Source: Deinococcus radiodurans R1 = ATCC 13939 = DSM 20539 (GTDB lineage Bacteria > Deinococcota > Deinococci > Deinococcales > Deinococcaceae). Taken from it: a DNA stretch of 32,000 nucleotides. The stretch spans positions 90,001 to 122,000 of the forward strand of contig NC_000958.1 of the NCBI RefSeq assembly GCF_000008565.1, given 5' to 3'. The notes under the pieces are model-generated. The model was not told the DNA's origin and did not search any database. It worked only from the letters and a program-made list of their open reading frames with translations. This document shows, one piece after another, positions 1 to 9,584 of this stretch. Positions within the stretch are counted from its first letter, which is position 1, and every line of letters starts with the position of its first letter. The position numbers were made by a program, and so were the translations under genes.

Positions 1-1010
<1,010 letters not shown>

Positions 1011-1148
1011 GGTGGGGCCTCCTGAAACATCTTCCGATTGAACCCGGTCATTCCGGATTCAATCCGACTTGAAAAGCTGAGCAGCAGAGCGGCTGCGAGT
1101 AGAAACAAATTCGTAGGAAAGGGGGAGAGAGGACTGGAAAAGGACGAA

Positions 1149-2096
1149 TCAGAGAGGAGTGACCGTCACCTGCGCCGCGTACCCGGCGAGCTCGTCACGC
1201 GCCGGGAGATGCGCGCCCAGCCGGGTGATGGTGCTCACGCTGAAACTTGTGGCGCGGCGGGCGGCGTCTGGGAGGGGCAGACTGTCGAGATGGGCGGAGA
1301 CGAGGCCCGCCACCATCGCGTCCCCAGCGCCCACCGTGGAGACGACCTGAACGTGGGGCGGCTTTGCCTGCACGGTGGCGCCCGGAGTCACGAGCAGCGC
1401 GCCGTCTTCTCCCTGCGAAATGGCGACCAACTCGGCGCCCCGACCCAACAGGTCACGGGCAGCGGCGAGCAGCTCGGCCTGCGTGCCCAGCTCGCGGCCC
1501 AGCGCGGCGGACAGTTCGTGGGTGTTCGGCTTGACGAGGTGGGGCAGCACGTTGGCGGTCAGGGCGGCGGTGAGGGCCGCGCCGCTGGTGTCGAGCGCGA
1601 CGAATTTGCCCGCGCCGCGCAGCTTCGCCACCAGCTCGGTGTAAAAGTCCGGCGCAATGCCCGGCGGCAGGCTGCCCGCCAGGACGAAGGCGTCGTGGGA
1701 TTCGCACAGGGCGTCCAGTTGGGCGTGCAACTCGCGCAGGTGCTCGGGCGTCGCCCGCAGGCCCGGCAGGTTGATGTCGGTGGTCTGCTGCGCGGCGTGG
1801 TCCACGATTTTGACACCCACGCGCGTTTGCCCCGGCACCCGCACGAAGGCGTCGGTGATGGCCTTGGTCCGGAAAAGGGCATCGAACACTTCGGCGTTGT
1901 CCTCGCCGAGCAGCCCGCTCGCGGTCACGGGCAGGCCCCAGTCGGCCAGGAAGGACGCGACGTTCACGCCCTTGCCGCCCGCCGTGAGGTGCAGCGTCTG
2001 CCCGCTGTTGACCGTATTGGGCCGCCAGCCGTCGGCGCGCACCGTCAGGTCGAGCGCGGGGTTGAGCGTCAGGGTCAGCACACGCGGCGTGCCCAT
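1149..2096 (-). CDS. fruK: 1-phosphofructokinase (PfkB family)
   Basis: 315-aa ORF with LNPALDLT, GGKGVNVA and C-terminal VGAGDAMVAG motifs. ATG 2096 lies 1 nt from the fruB stop (2098-2100). It sits between fruB and fruA, as in fruBKA operons. Confidence 0.9.
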   Translation of the reverse strand: MGTPRVLTLTLNPALDLTVRADGWRPNTVNSGQTLHLTAGGKGVNVASFLADWGLPVTASGLLGEDNAEVFDALFRTKAITDAFVRVPGQTRVGVKIVDHAAQQTTDINLPGLRATPEHLRELHAQLDALCESHDAFVLAGSLPPGIAPDFYTELVAKLRGAGKFVALDTSGAALTAALTANVLPHLVKPNTHELSAALGRELGTQAELLAAARDLLGRGAELVAISQGEDGALLVTPGATVQAKPPHVQVVSTVGAGDAMVAGLVSAHLDSLPLPDAARRATSFSVSTITRLGAHLPARDELAGYAAQVTVTPL

Positions 2097-2097
2097 C

Positions 2098-4577
2098 TCA
2101 GCCCCGGACCAGGGCGCGCACGGCAGCGGCGTCGGTCTGGGTCAGCGCCTGCGCGGCGAGCTGCTGCAAGTCCTGGCTGGAGCGCCCCCGCAGCGCGGCC
2201 TTCACGGCAGCGACCTGCGGCGTGCTCACCGACAGTTCCTTCACGCCCAGGCCGGTCAGCACCAGCGCCCCCACGTCGTCGCCCGCTGCGCCGCCGCACA
2301 CGCCGACCCACTTGCCGTGACGCTGCGCCGCGTTCACCGTCCGCTTGATGAGCCACAGGACGGCGGGATGCATCGCGTCGGTCTGCCGAGCGAGCTGCGG
2401 GTGCAGGCGGTCCATCGCCAGGGTGTACTGCGTCAGGTCGTTGGTGCCCACGCTGAAAAAGTCCACCTCGGGCGCGAGCGCCTCAGCCAGCAGCGCCGCC
2501 GAGGGCACCTCGATCATCACGCCGAGCGGGATGTGCGGGGCACCGACTTCGGCACGCACCTCATCCAGAATGGCGCGGGCACGGCGGAAGTCTTCGAGCG
2601 TGGCGATCATCGGGAACATGACGTGGACGTTGGGATGGTCCTTCGCCACCCGCGCAATCGCCCGCAGTTGCGGCAGGAAGAGGTCGGGCCGCTCGAAACA
2701 CAGCCGGATGCCGCGCATCCCCAGAAACGAGTTGTCCTCGCGCGCCAGTCCCAGGTAAGGCACTTCCTTGTCGCCGCCGATGTCGAGCGTGCGGATAATC
2801 AGTGGGCGCTCTCCCAGCGCCGCCGCCATCGCGCGGTATTCCTGCTCTTGGTTGGCCTCGCTCGGGGCGCTGTCGCGTTCCAGAAAGAGAAACTCGGTGC
2901 GCATCAGGCCCACGCCCTCGGCCCCGGCGTCGAGCGCCCCGGCAGCGTCCGCCGCCCGGTTGATGTTGGCGGCGATTTCGACCCGCACGCCGTCGCGGGT
3001 GCCGCCCGGCTGGTGGCGCGCGGCGCGGGCGGCTTCGCGCTCGGCGGTGAGCACGGCCATGCGCTCGCGGGCGGCCTGCACGTCATTCTCTGAAGGGTTG
3101 AGGTAGAGCCGCCCCGCCGAGCCGTCCAGAATCGCCAGGGTTCCGTCGGGCACCTCCAGCACGCCAGCTCCCGCCGCCACGATGGCGGGCAGCCCCAGCC
3201 CCCGCGCGATGATGGCGGTGTGGCTGGTCGGCCCGCCCTGCGCGGTGGCAAAGCCCAGCAGGGTATCGGGGCCGAGGCGGGCGGTGTCACTCGGCGTGAG
3301 GTCGGGAGCGAGCAGGATGACCGGCGCCGCGCCCGTCTGTACGGTGTCTTCACCCAAGCCCAGCAGGTGACGCAGCACCCGGCGCTGCACGTCGCCGAGG
3401 TCGCTGGCACGGCCCGCGAGCACCGGGTCGTCGAGCTTTTGCAGCTGCGCGATGCGCTCGTTCGTCGCCTGCTGGTACGCCCAGGCGGGGCCGTGGCCGT
3501 CGAGGATGCGCGACACGGCGTCCTGTACGGTCCCTTCGTCGGCGAGCAGTTCCTTGTGCGCCGCGAAAATGGCGGCCTTGTCGGCGCCGAAGCGGGCGTG
3601 CACGTCGGCCATCATGCTGTCGAGGTCGGCGGCGGCGGCTTGCAGGGCGGCGTCGAGCTGCGCGGCGCCCTGGGCCGGGTCGGCGGGCTCGTCGGTGACG
3701 GTCAGGGACCGTTGCAGATGCTGGCGGGTGGTGCCGACCACCAGCCCGTCGGCGGCGCCCACGCCTTCCAGCGCCGCGCCGACTTGCTGCGGAACCCAGT
3801 CGGGCGTGCGCGTGGTGGGAGGGGCGGCGGCCTGCGGCGCGGCGGCGCTCAGGTCGTCTCCCAGCCCGGACTGAATGGCGTCCACCAGCGGCCTGAGCAA
3901 CGCCTGCTGGTCGGTGCTGACGGTGAGCGGCGTGCCCCGCGTCAGGCCCAGGCTGAGCAGTTCCATCAGTTTGGTCGCGTCTGCCGAGCGCCCGTCGTCC
4001 CGGGTCAGCCGCGCTTTGGCGCCCGCTTTTTTGACCATCCCGGCAAGCAGGGTCGCGGGGCGGGCGTGCAGCCCCTGTGGGTTGGGCAACGTGACCTGTG
4101 CCGAATACGGCAGGCCCGGAGCCGCCGCCGCAGCTGCGACGGGCCGCTCGCCGGTCAGCGCCTCGATGAGGTCTCCGGCGTCGGTGGTGGTCCACAACCG
4201 CTCGACCAGGGCCTCGTCGCCCAGCACGCGGGTCAGGCGGCGCAAGATTTGCAGGTGTTCGTCGCTCGCGGCGGCAATCCCGACCACCAGATGCACCGGG
4301 CCGTCGGCGTCCTCGCCCCACTCCACGCCTGCGGCAGTTGCAACACGGCGATGCCGGTCTGACGAATGAGGTGACGCGACTCGGGCGTGCCGTGCGGAAT
4401 GGCGATGCCGTTGCCGAGATACGTGTTCGCTTGCGTCTCACGGGCGTACATGCCCTGCACGTAGGCCGGGTCCACGTTGCCGTTCGCGGCCAGCAGCCCC
4501 GCGACCTGCGCGATGGCGTCTGCCTTGTCGGCGGCCTGCGCCCCCACTTTGACGAGCTGTTTCGGAAGTTCAATCAT
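2098..4577 (-). CDS. fruB: Multiphosphoryl transfer protein EIIA(Fru)-HPr-Enzyme I, interrupted by an apparent 1-nt frameshift near 4327-4332
   Basis: EIIA-Fru (MIELPKQL...[12 protein letters not shown]) lies in ORF 4233-4577. An HPr-like module ([12 protein letters not shown]) and Enzyme I ([32 protein letters not shown]) lie in ORF 2098-4326. The two frames overlap and differ by one base. The expected CAG-GGC-GTG-GAG-TGG reads CAGGCGTGGAGTGG. Confidence 0.85.
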
Positions 4578-4668
4578 GCCTGCTCCCCCTGCCGGATCTG
4601 CGTTGCCAGATTCACGTTGTCGGGCCTATGACCCTGGCTGCGCTCGGCCTGCCTGCTTCTGAATGTTT

Positions 4669-4696
4669 ATGATTGATTTTGAGCGCTTTTGATCAT
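4669..4696. promoter_or_regulatory. AT-rich repeat block in the fruB / DeoR divergent region (candidate operator)
   Basis: ATGATTGATTTTGAGCGCTTTTGATCAT has ATGAT/ATCAT terminal inverted arms and a TTTTGA-gcgc-TTTTGA direct repeat. It is about 30% GC in a 66% GC background and lies between the fruB start (4577) and the DeoR start (4837). Confidence 0.3.
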
Positions 4697-4836
4697 AACT
4701 GCCAATTCATCGGAATGCAAGAGAAGGGCGGCGGGCGAAAATCTCTGCACCAGAGGATCCCGCATGTGGATGAACCTCTGGCGCAAGCTGTACGTTTCTG
4801 AGCGAAATTGAGCTTTCACTGCTAGCATGGGCCCTG

Positions 4837-5655
4837 ATGAGTCCCCCCCTTGCCGAGGAGCGCCTGACGCGCATCGTGCAGCTGCTCGCCGAACGCGGCA
4901 CCCTCCGCACGGCGGCACTGACCGAGCTCCTGGGCGTCAGCAGCGCGACCATTCGGCGCGACCTCGATGTCCTCGCCGGGCGTGGGCTGATTCGCAAATT
5001 GCATGGTGGAGCCGCGCTCGCCGCCCCGGAACCGGAGGCGCCGCTCAATCAGGACCAGTTTTACCGGGACCGCCAGCAGGTCAATCATCTGGGCAAGCAG
5101 CGCCTGGCCGGGCGCGCCCTGGAGTTGATCGCGCCGGGGCAGACCCTCTACCTCGACGCAGGCACCACCGCGCTCGCGCTCGCCGAAGCGTTGCAGCGCA
5201 CTCCCCAGCTGACGCGGACACTGCGGGTGGTGACTCACGGCATTGACGTGGCCTACGTGCTCAACGGCGAATGCGCGCTCTACGTGGTGGGGGGCGAGGT
5301 CTACGGCAGCACCTACAGTCTGACCGGCCCAGACGCGCTGAGCACGGTGTCGCGCTACAACTACGACCTGTTTTTCGTCAGTTGCACCAGCATCGACCCG
5401 GCGGGCCGCCTCACCAACTCCAACAGCGTCGAGGCGCAGCAAAAGGCTTCCATTCTGCGCCAGTCACGCCGCAGCGTGCTTATCGCCGACCAGAGCAAAT
5501 GGGGGCCGCCGGGCTTCGCGCCGTTCGCCGGCTTCGCTGAGGTCAGCGCCTGGGTGACTGACCGAGCGCCCGCCACCGCGCGGGCCGCTTTTGAGCAGGC
5601 CGGGGTGACGGTGCTCGAAGCGGACGCCTCAGCCAGGGAACTGTCCGCAGATTGA
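4837..5655 (+). CDS. DeoR-family transcriptional regulator, probable fructose-operon repressor
   Basis: 272 aa. The N-terminal DeoR HTH reads [31 protein letters not shown], followed by a C-terminal DeoR-type sugar-phosphate sensor domain. The gene is divergent from fruBKA. Confidence 0.9.
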   Translation: MSPPLAEERLTRIVQLLAERGTLRTAALTELLGVSSATIRRDLDVLAGRGLIRKLHGGAALAAPEPEAPLNQDQFYRDRQQVNHLGKQRLAGRALELIAPGQTLYLDAGTTALALAEALQRTPQLTRTLRVVTHGIDVAYVLNGECALYVVGGEVYGSTYSLTGPDALSTVSRYNYDLFFVSCTSIDPAGRLTNSNSVEAQQKASILRQSRRSVLIADQSKWGPPGFAPFAGFAEVSAWVTDRAPATARAAFEQAGVTVLEADASARELSAD

Positions 5656-5723
5656 GATACGTTGAAAGGTGGGTCTGAAGCTGAAATCTAGGTGGCGCAC
5701 CTCCGCAGTCGCGGCTCATGGCT

Positions 5724-6482
5724 TTACCCAGCCGTCAGCACATAAGCCGGCTGCGCGCCCCGCCGAAAGTCGCAGACCCGGTAGCCGCGCCCGAACAGCG
5801 CGTGAAATGCCCCCCGAGTCTGCTGGCGCCAGGTCACGGCCTGCTCGGGATGCTCGTCGAGAAGTCCCGGCAGGTCGGCGGGAATGTGCAGCAACACGGC
5901 GGGCGCTTCCTCCGCTCCTGGCCGCCAGTCTCCCGTTCGGGGGTCGTTGATGGCCGGGAGCTCGGCGTCCTGCGGCGGACGGGCAGGCAGACTCCCCGGC
6001 GTCCACACGGCGACGAGGCGGTCGGAGGCAATGCCCGCGTTGATGCCGCCCATTTCGCCGTAGAAATCGTCGATGTACGTGGTGGCGAATGCCCCCAAGC
6101 GGTGGATGTTGAGCTGGGCGTTGATGGCCCGCAGCGGGTCGTAGGTCCACTCGATTTGAGTGATGCCCCGCTCCCGGCCCCACTCGGCCTGAAACTGCTT
6201 GAGCTTTACGGCCAGGCCGGTTCCGCGCCAGGCCGGATGCACCGCCAACAGGTGCGAGTGCTGCACATGGCTCTGGGCTGTGGGCAAGCCGACCACCAGG
6301 CCGACGAGTTCGCCCGCATCGCTGCTGAAGGCGCCGGCCACCAGGCCACCGATATGCTCCAGCGCCCGCATGGCGTCCCGGGGAAAAATATCGCGTTCCG
6401 AGCCGCCCCACACGAGAAATTGCAGGTCTTCGGCGGCCAGGAGTTCGGCGGTGCCCCGGAGCTCACGAACCCGGGCCTTCAT
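5724..6482 (-). CDS. GNAT-like acyl-CoA N-acyltransferase
   Basis: Core HLLAVHPAWRGTGLAVKLKQFQ carries an R-x-x-G-x-A CoA-binding loop. ATG 6482 overlaps the upstream gene's stop as ATGA (6479-6482). The ORF-track start at 6509 is an alternative. Confidence 0.7.
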   Translation of the reverse strand: MKARVRELRGTAELLAAEDLQFLVWGGSERDIFPRDAMRALEHIGGLVAGAFSSDAGELVGLVVGLPTAQSHVQHSHLLAVHPAWRGTGLAVKLKQFQAEWGRERGITQIEWTYDPLRAINAQLNIHRLGAFATTYIDDFYGEMGGINAGIASDRLVAVWTPGSLPARPPQDAELPAINDPRTGDWRPGAEEAPAVLLHIPADLPGLLDEHPEQAVTWRQQTRGAFHALFGRGYRVCDFRRGAQPAYVLTAG

Positions 6483-7356
6483 TTGCACCGGATGTCCTGA
6501 CCGAACCACTGCGCGCTGAGCTTGGCATAGGTGCCGTCGGCCATGACCTTGCTCAGCGCCTGGTTGAGGGCGTCGTGCAGGGTCTTGTTGCCTTTGGCGA
6601 CGGCGCCTGCGTTGCGCTCCTTAGAAATCGCCTCGCCGATCACCACTTTGTCTTGCAATTTCGCCTGCTTGAGCATGTAGGCCACCACCGGGCCGTCCCT
6701 TTCGTCTTCAAGAATTCGCGGCCGCAATTAACCCTCACTAAAGGGATCACCACTTTGTCTTGCAATTTCGCCTGCTTGAGCATGTAGGCCACCACCGGGC
6801 CGTTGCTCGACCAGGCGTCCACCCGCCCCGACATCAGGGCCGTGAGCACGGTCTGGTCGTTGGGATAGGTCCGCACGTCCGCGATGCCGGGAATCTGGCG
6901 CAACACGGGCAACTGCGCGGTGCCCACCTGACTGCCCACACTTTTGCCCCTGAGCGCGGCGCGGGTCGTCGGTCCACCCTTTTTCGCCACGATGTTGACC
7001 GTGGAGCAGTAATGGGGCTTCAAGAAGTCCACCGCTTTTTCCCGCTCGGGCGTGATGGCGTGAGAAGCGAGCACCGCGTCGTAACGCCCCTGGTTCAGGC
7101 CGATGAGCAGGGTGTCGAAAGGCTGCGTCACCCACTCCACCTTGACGCCCAGCGTGCGGCCCAGGGCGTTGCCGAGGTCGATTTCAAAGCCCACCAGCTG
7201 CTTGCCGGCATACGCGTTGAAGGGCGGAAAAGTCCCTTCGGTCGCCAGGTGCAGGGTGCCGGAGTCCTTGATTTGCTGCCAGGTGCGCGGCGCAGCGGAG
7301 GCGGTGGTGAGGGTCAAGCAAGCAAGGGCGGCGAGGACAGCGTAGGAACGGTTCAT
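6479..7356 (-). CDS. Polar amino-acid ABC-type solute-binding protein (family 3), reading frame broken by a vector-derived artefact
   Basis: Signal peptide MNRSYAVLAALACLTLTTASAAP, then LHLATEGTFPPFNAY and FEIDLGNAL. The last ~60 aa (GEAISKERNAGAVAKGNKTLHDALNQALSKVMADGTYAKLSAQWFGQD) continue in ORF 6479-6727 once 107 bp (6697-6803) are removed. Confidence 0.85.
6638..6696. repeat. 59-bp direct repeat, copy 1 (identical to 6745-6803)
   Basis: GATCACCACTTTGTCTTGCAATTTCGCCTGCTTGAGCATGTAGGCCACCACCGGGCCGT occurs twice, 59/59 identical, 107 bp apart. Both copies start at a GATC. Confidence 0.95.
6697..6748. other. Cloning-vector sequence: pBR322 tail, EcoRI, NotI, T3 promoter, BamHI/Sau3AI junction
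   Basis: CCCTTTCGTCTTCAAGAATTC (pBR322 sequence running into its EcoRI site) + GCGGCCGC (NotI) + AATTAACCCTCACTAAAGG (T3 promoter) + GATC. This is the layout of pWE15/SuperCos-type cosmid cloning sites. Confidence 0.9.
6745..6803. repeat. 59-bp direct repeat, copy 2
   Basis: Identical to 6638-6696. It begins at the GATC fused to the T3 promoter end. Confidence 0.95.
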
Positions 7357-7374
7357 GACAGACCTCCTGGGCCT

Positions 7375-8562
7375 TCAGTACACCTCATCGGCGGGCGGCT
7401 GATGAGGCAGAGCGTCTATAAAGGGCGTTTGACCGGCCTGAATCTCCCTGGTCCAGCGCGTAACTCCCGCGAGGGCTTGCGGGTCTAGGCTCACCCCGAT
7501 GCCGGGGCCGGGGGGAACCGGCATTTCCCCACGCTCGACTTCAAGCGGCTCCTGAATGATGTCGCGCTCCCAGTAGCGGCTCGCCGAGCTCGTGTCGCCG
7601 GGCAGCGTGAAGTTTTCCAGGGTCGAGAGGTGGATGTTGTGGGCGCGTCCGATGCCGGTTTCCACCATTCCGCCGCACCACAGCGAGGCGTCGAACGCCA
7701 GCGTGAGGTCGTGAATCCGGCGGGCTTCGAGGTGCCCGCCCACCCGCGCCACCTTCAGGTTGATGACGCGCCCCGCCCCGATGCTGAGCGCCTGACGCGT
7801 GTCGCGGGCGCTGGTGATGCTCTCGTCGAGACACAGCGGAGTACGCAGGTTTTTTTGCAGGGCGGCGTGGTCGAGCAGGTCGTCGAAGGCGAGCGGCTGC
7901 TCGATGTACTTCAGGCCGTAGCCGTCCAGGCGTTGCAGGGCCGAGGCGTCGGCGAGGGTGTAAGCGCTGTTGGCATCGACGGTGAGCTGGGTGTCCGGCA
8001 GGGCCGCGCGCACGGCGGCCACCGGCTGTTCGTCCCAGCCCGGTTTGATTTTGAGTTTGATGCGCCGGTAGCCCTCGGCGGCGTGGCGCGCGGCGAGGTC
8101 GGCGGTCTGCTCGGCACCCGGCTGAATCCCGAGGCTGACCCCCACCGGAACCTTGTGCCGGACGCCGCCCAAGACTTGCCAGAGGGGGAGACGCAGCGCC
8201 TTGGCCCAGAGGTCCCAGAATGCCATCTCGACCATCGCCCGCGCCATGCGGTTGCCCCGGTAGGGCGCGAGTTCGAGGGCCAGCGCTTCAGGCGTGGCGA
8301 ACCGCTGCCCCAGCAGCCGGGGCAAGAGCTGACCTTCGACAAAGGCGACGGCGCCCGCCACAGTTTCTTCCCGGTAGAGCGGCAGAAAGTCCATCACCCC
8401 CTCGGCGTAGCCTTCCAGGCCCCCGGAACGCAGCGTCAGGAGCGGCACGTAGCGGCGGCGCATCACCCCGAAGCTCGTCTCGAAGTCGAACTTGAGCGGC
8501 ATCTCGAGCAGCCGCAGTTCAGCGCTTTCGAGGGTCAGGCCAGCGGGCGAAAAGGGCGTCAT
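7375..8562 (-). CDS. N-acyl/N-succinyl amino acid racemase / o-succinylbenzoate synthase family (enolase superfamily, MenC subgroup)
   Basis: 395 aa with [13 protein letters not shown] (KxK), [19 protein letters not shown] and [10 protein letters not shown] motifs. It closely resembles the characterised Deinococcus N-acylamino acid racemase but is not identical, so it is a paralogue. Confidence 0.9.
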   Translation of the reverse strand: MTPFSPAGLTLESAELRLLEMPLKFDFETSFGVMRRRYVPLLTLRSGGLEGYAEGVMDFLPLYREETVAGAVAFVEGQLLPRLLGQRFATPEALALELAPYRGNRMARAMVEMAFWDLWAKALRLPLWQVLGGVRHKVPVGVSLGIQPGAEQTADLAARHAAEGYRRIKLKIKPGWDEQPVAAVRAALPDTQLTVDANSAYTLADASALQRLDGYGLKYIEQPLAFDDLLDHAALQKNLRTPLCLDESITSARDTRQALSIGAGRVINLKVARVGGHLEARRIHDLTLAFDASLWCGGMVETGIGRAHNIHLSTLENFTLPGDTSSASRYWERDIIQEPLEVERGEMPVPPGPGIGVSLDPQALAGVTRWTREIQAGQTPFIDALPHQPPADEVY

Positions 8563-8627
8563 GTGGACTCCTCTTTACCAGGCGGGGAGGGGAGAGGGGG
8601 CGGGGCTGTCCAAAATGTGGAGAACTG

Positions 8628-8703
8628 ATACGTGCTGCGTCCAATTCCCTAAAACCCGGAAAAACGCCGAATTTTAGTCCATTTCCCGCAGCACGTATTT
8701 TTT
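8628..8703 (+). promoter_or_regulatory. 12-bp perfect inverted repeat with a 47-nt loop followed by T6
   Basis: ATACGTGCTGCG (8628-8639) pairs with CGCAGCACGTAT (8687-8698) and runs directly into TTTTTT (8698-8703). It lies in the divergent racemase/SDR intergenic region, with no upstream + strand gene to terminate. Confidence 0.3.
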
Positions 8704-8726
8704 GCCACTCGCCCCGCTCGGGTTTC

Positions 8727-8745
8727 ATCGCTAAGTTTTAGCGAT
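8727..8745. promoter_or_regulatory. Perfect 8-bp-arm palindrome upstream of the SDR gene
   Basis: ATCGCTAA-GTT-TTAGCGAT, 38 nt upstream of ATG 8783. Confidence 0.3.
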
Positions 8746-8782
8746 TCAACCGCAATTCGTATGACCTGACGGCTCCCAAGGA

Positions 8783-9550
8783 ATGTTAGCGTGGCCCATG
8801 ACTCCACCGATTCTGGTGACGGGCGCCGCAAGCGGACTGGGGCTGGCGACGGCGCAGCTCCTGCGTGAGCGAGGCCACGACGTGATTCTCTCCGACCTGC
8901 GGCCCTCGCCGCTCGGCGAAACGCGGGTGGCCGACCTCACCGATGAGGCGGCGCGGCGTGACCTGATCGCGGGCCTGCCTCCACTGGGGGGTCTGGTCGC
9001 CTCGGCGGGCGTGGCCGGTCAGGCGCCGGGGCACCTCGTCATGGAGCTGAACTACGTAGCGACCCGTGACCTGGTGAGCTGTCTGCTTCCGAAGATAGCG
9101 CGGGGCAGCGCCGCCGTGGTGCTGTCGAGCACGTCCGCCCTTTTCGCGTCCCAGACGCAGGAGGAACGCCGCGTCATCCGCGACGATCCCGCCGCTGCGC
9201 GCCCCGGCTGGCAGGACCTCGAAGGCTGGGACGCCTACGGGCTGTCCAAGCGGCTGCTGCTCGACGAGCTGCCGGGGTGGGTGGCCGCCGGGCTGCCGCA
9301 CGGCGTGCGCGTCAATGCCCTGCTGCCGGGGCCAATTGAAACCCCCATGCTCGGCGATCTGGAGCAGATGCAGGGCGCGGAAGCCATGGATTACATGAAG
9401 GCGGTGGTGGGCCGCTACGGTCAGCCGCGCGAAATCGCCACCATTATTGCTTTTCTTCTTTCGCCCGACGCCTCGTGGCTCAATGGTGTGGAACTGCGGG
9501 TGGACGGGGGGCTCTTTACGCAGTTCGCCCTGGAGCAGCGCACCTCCTGA
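8783..9550 (+). CDS. Short-chain dehydrogenase/reductase (SDR)
   Basis: Contains the TGAASGLG Rossmann motif, the YGLSK catalytic YxxxK and a PGPIETPM segment. An alternative start is at 8798. Confidence 0.85.
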   Translation: MLAWPMTPPILVTGAASGLGLATAQLLRERGHDVILSDLRPSPLGETRVADLTDEAARRDLIAGLPPLGGLVASAGVAGQAPGHLVMELNYVATRDLVSCLLPKIARGSAAVVLSSTSALFASQTQEERRVIRDDPAAARPGWQDLEGWDAYGLSKRLLLDELPGWVAAGLPHGVRVNALLPGPIETPMLGDLEQMQGAEAMDYMKAVVGRYGQPREIATIIAFLLSPDASWLNGVELRVDGGLFTQFALEQRTS

Positions 9551-9584
9551 AGATCGTCGCCTGCCCATCCACAACAAAAGGCCA

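Noticed and set aside
4300-4340. Programmed ribosomal frameshift in fruB.
   Set aside because: There is no slippery X-XXY-YYZ heptamer or stimulatory structure at the junction. A missing G in a GC run is the simpler explanation.
1038-4573. Long ORFs overlapping fruK/fruB on the opposite strand or in other frames (1038-2348 +, 1657-3093 +, 3220-4362 +, 3350-4573 -).
   Set aside because: Their translations are Arg/Ala/Gly/Pro-rich low-complexity strings, typical of shadow frames in ~66% GC DNA. They are fully nested in genes with strong, motif-level homology.
6728-6748. T3 promoter as a genuine phage-type promoter or evidence of a prophage.
   Set aside because: It is flanked by NotI, EcoRI and pBR322 sequence in the exact order of a commercial cosmid polylinker, so it is vector-derived.
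6479-7356. Treating ORFs 6479-6727 and 6640-7356 as two separate or overlapping genes.
   Set aside because: They are two halves of one solute-binding protein, offset by the 107-bp vector-plus-duplication artefact. Both contain the duplicated peptide GPVVAYMLKQAKLQDKVVI.
8492-8940. Small ORFs in the racemase/SDR intergenic region (8492-8677 +, 8519-8728 -, 8649-8831 -, 8746-8940 -).
   Set aside because: They are short and mutually overlapping, lack SD sequences, and cross obvious palindromic or structured DNA. That DNA is more likely regulatory or repeat-derived.
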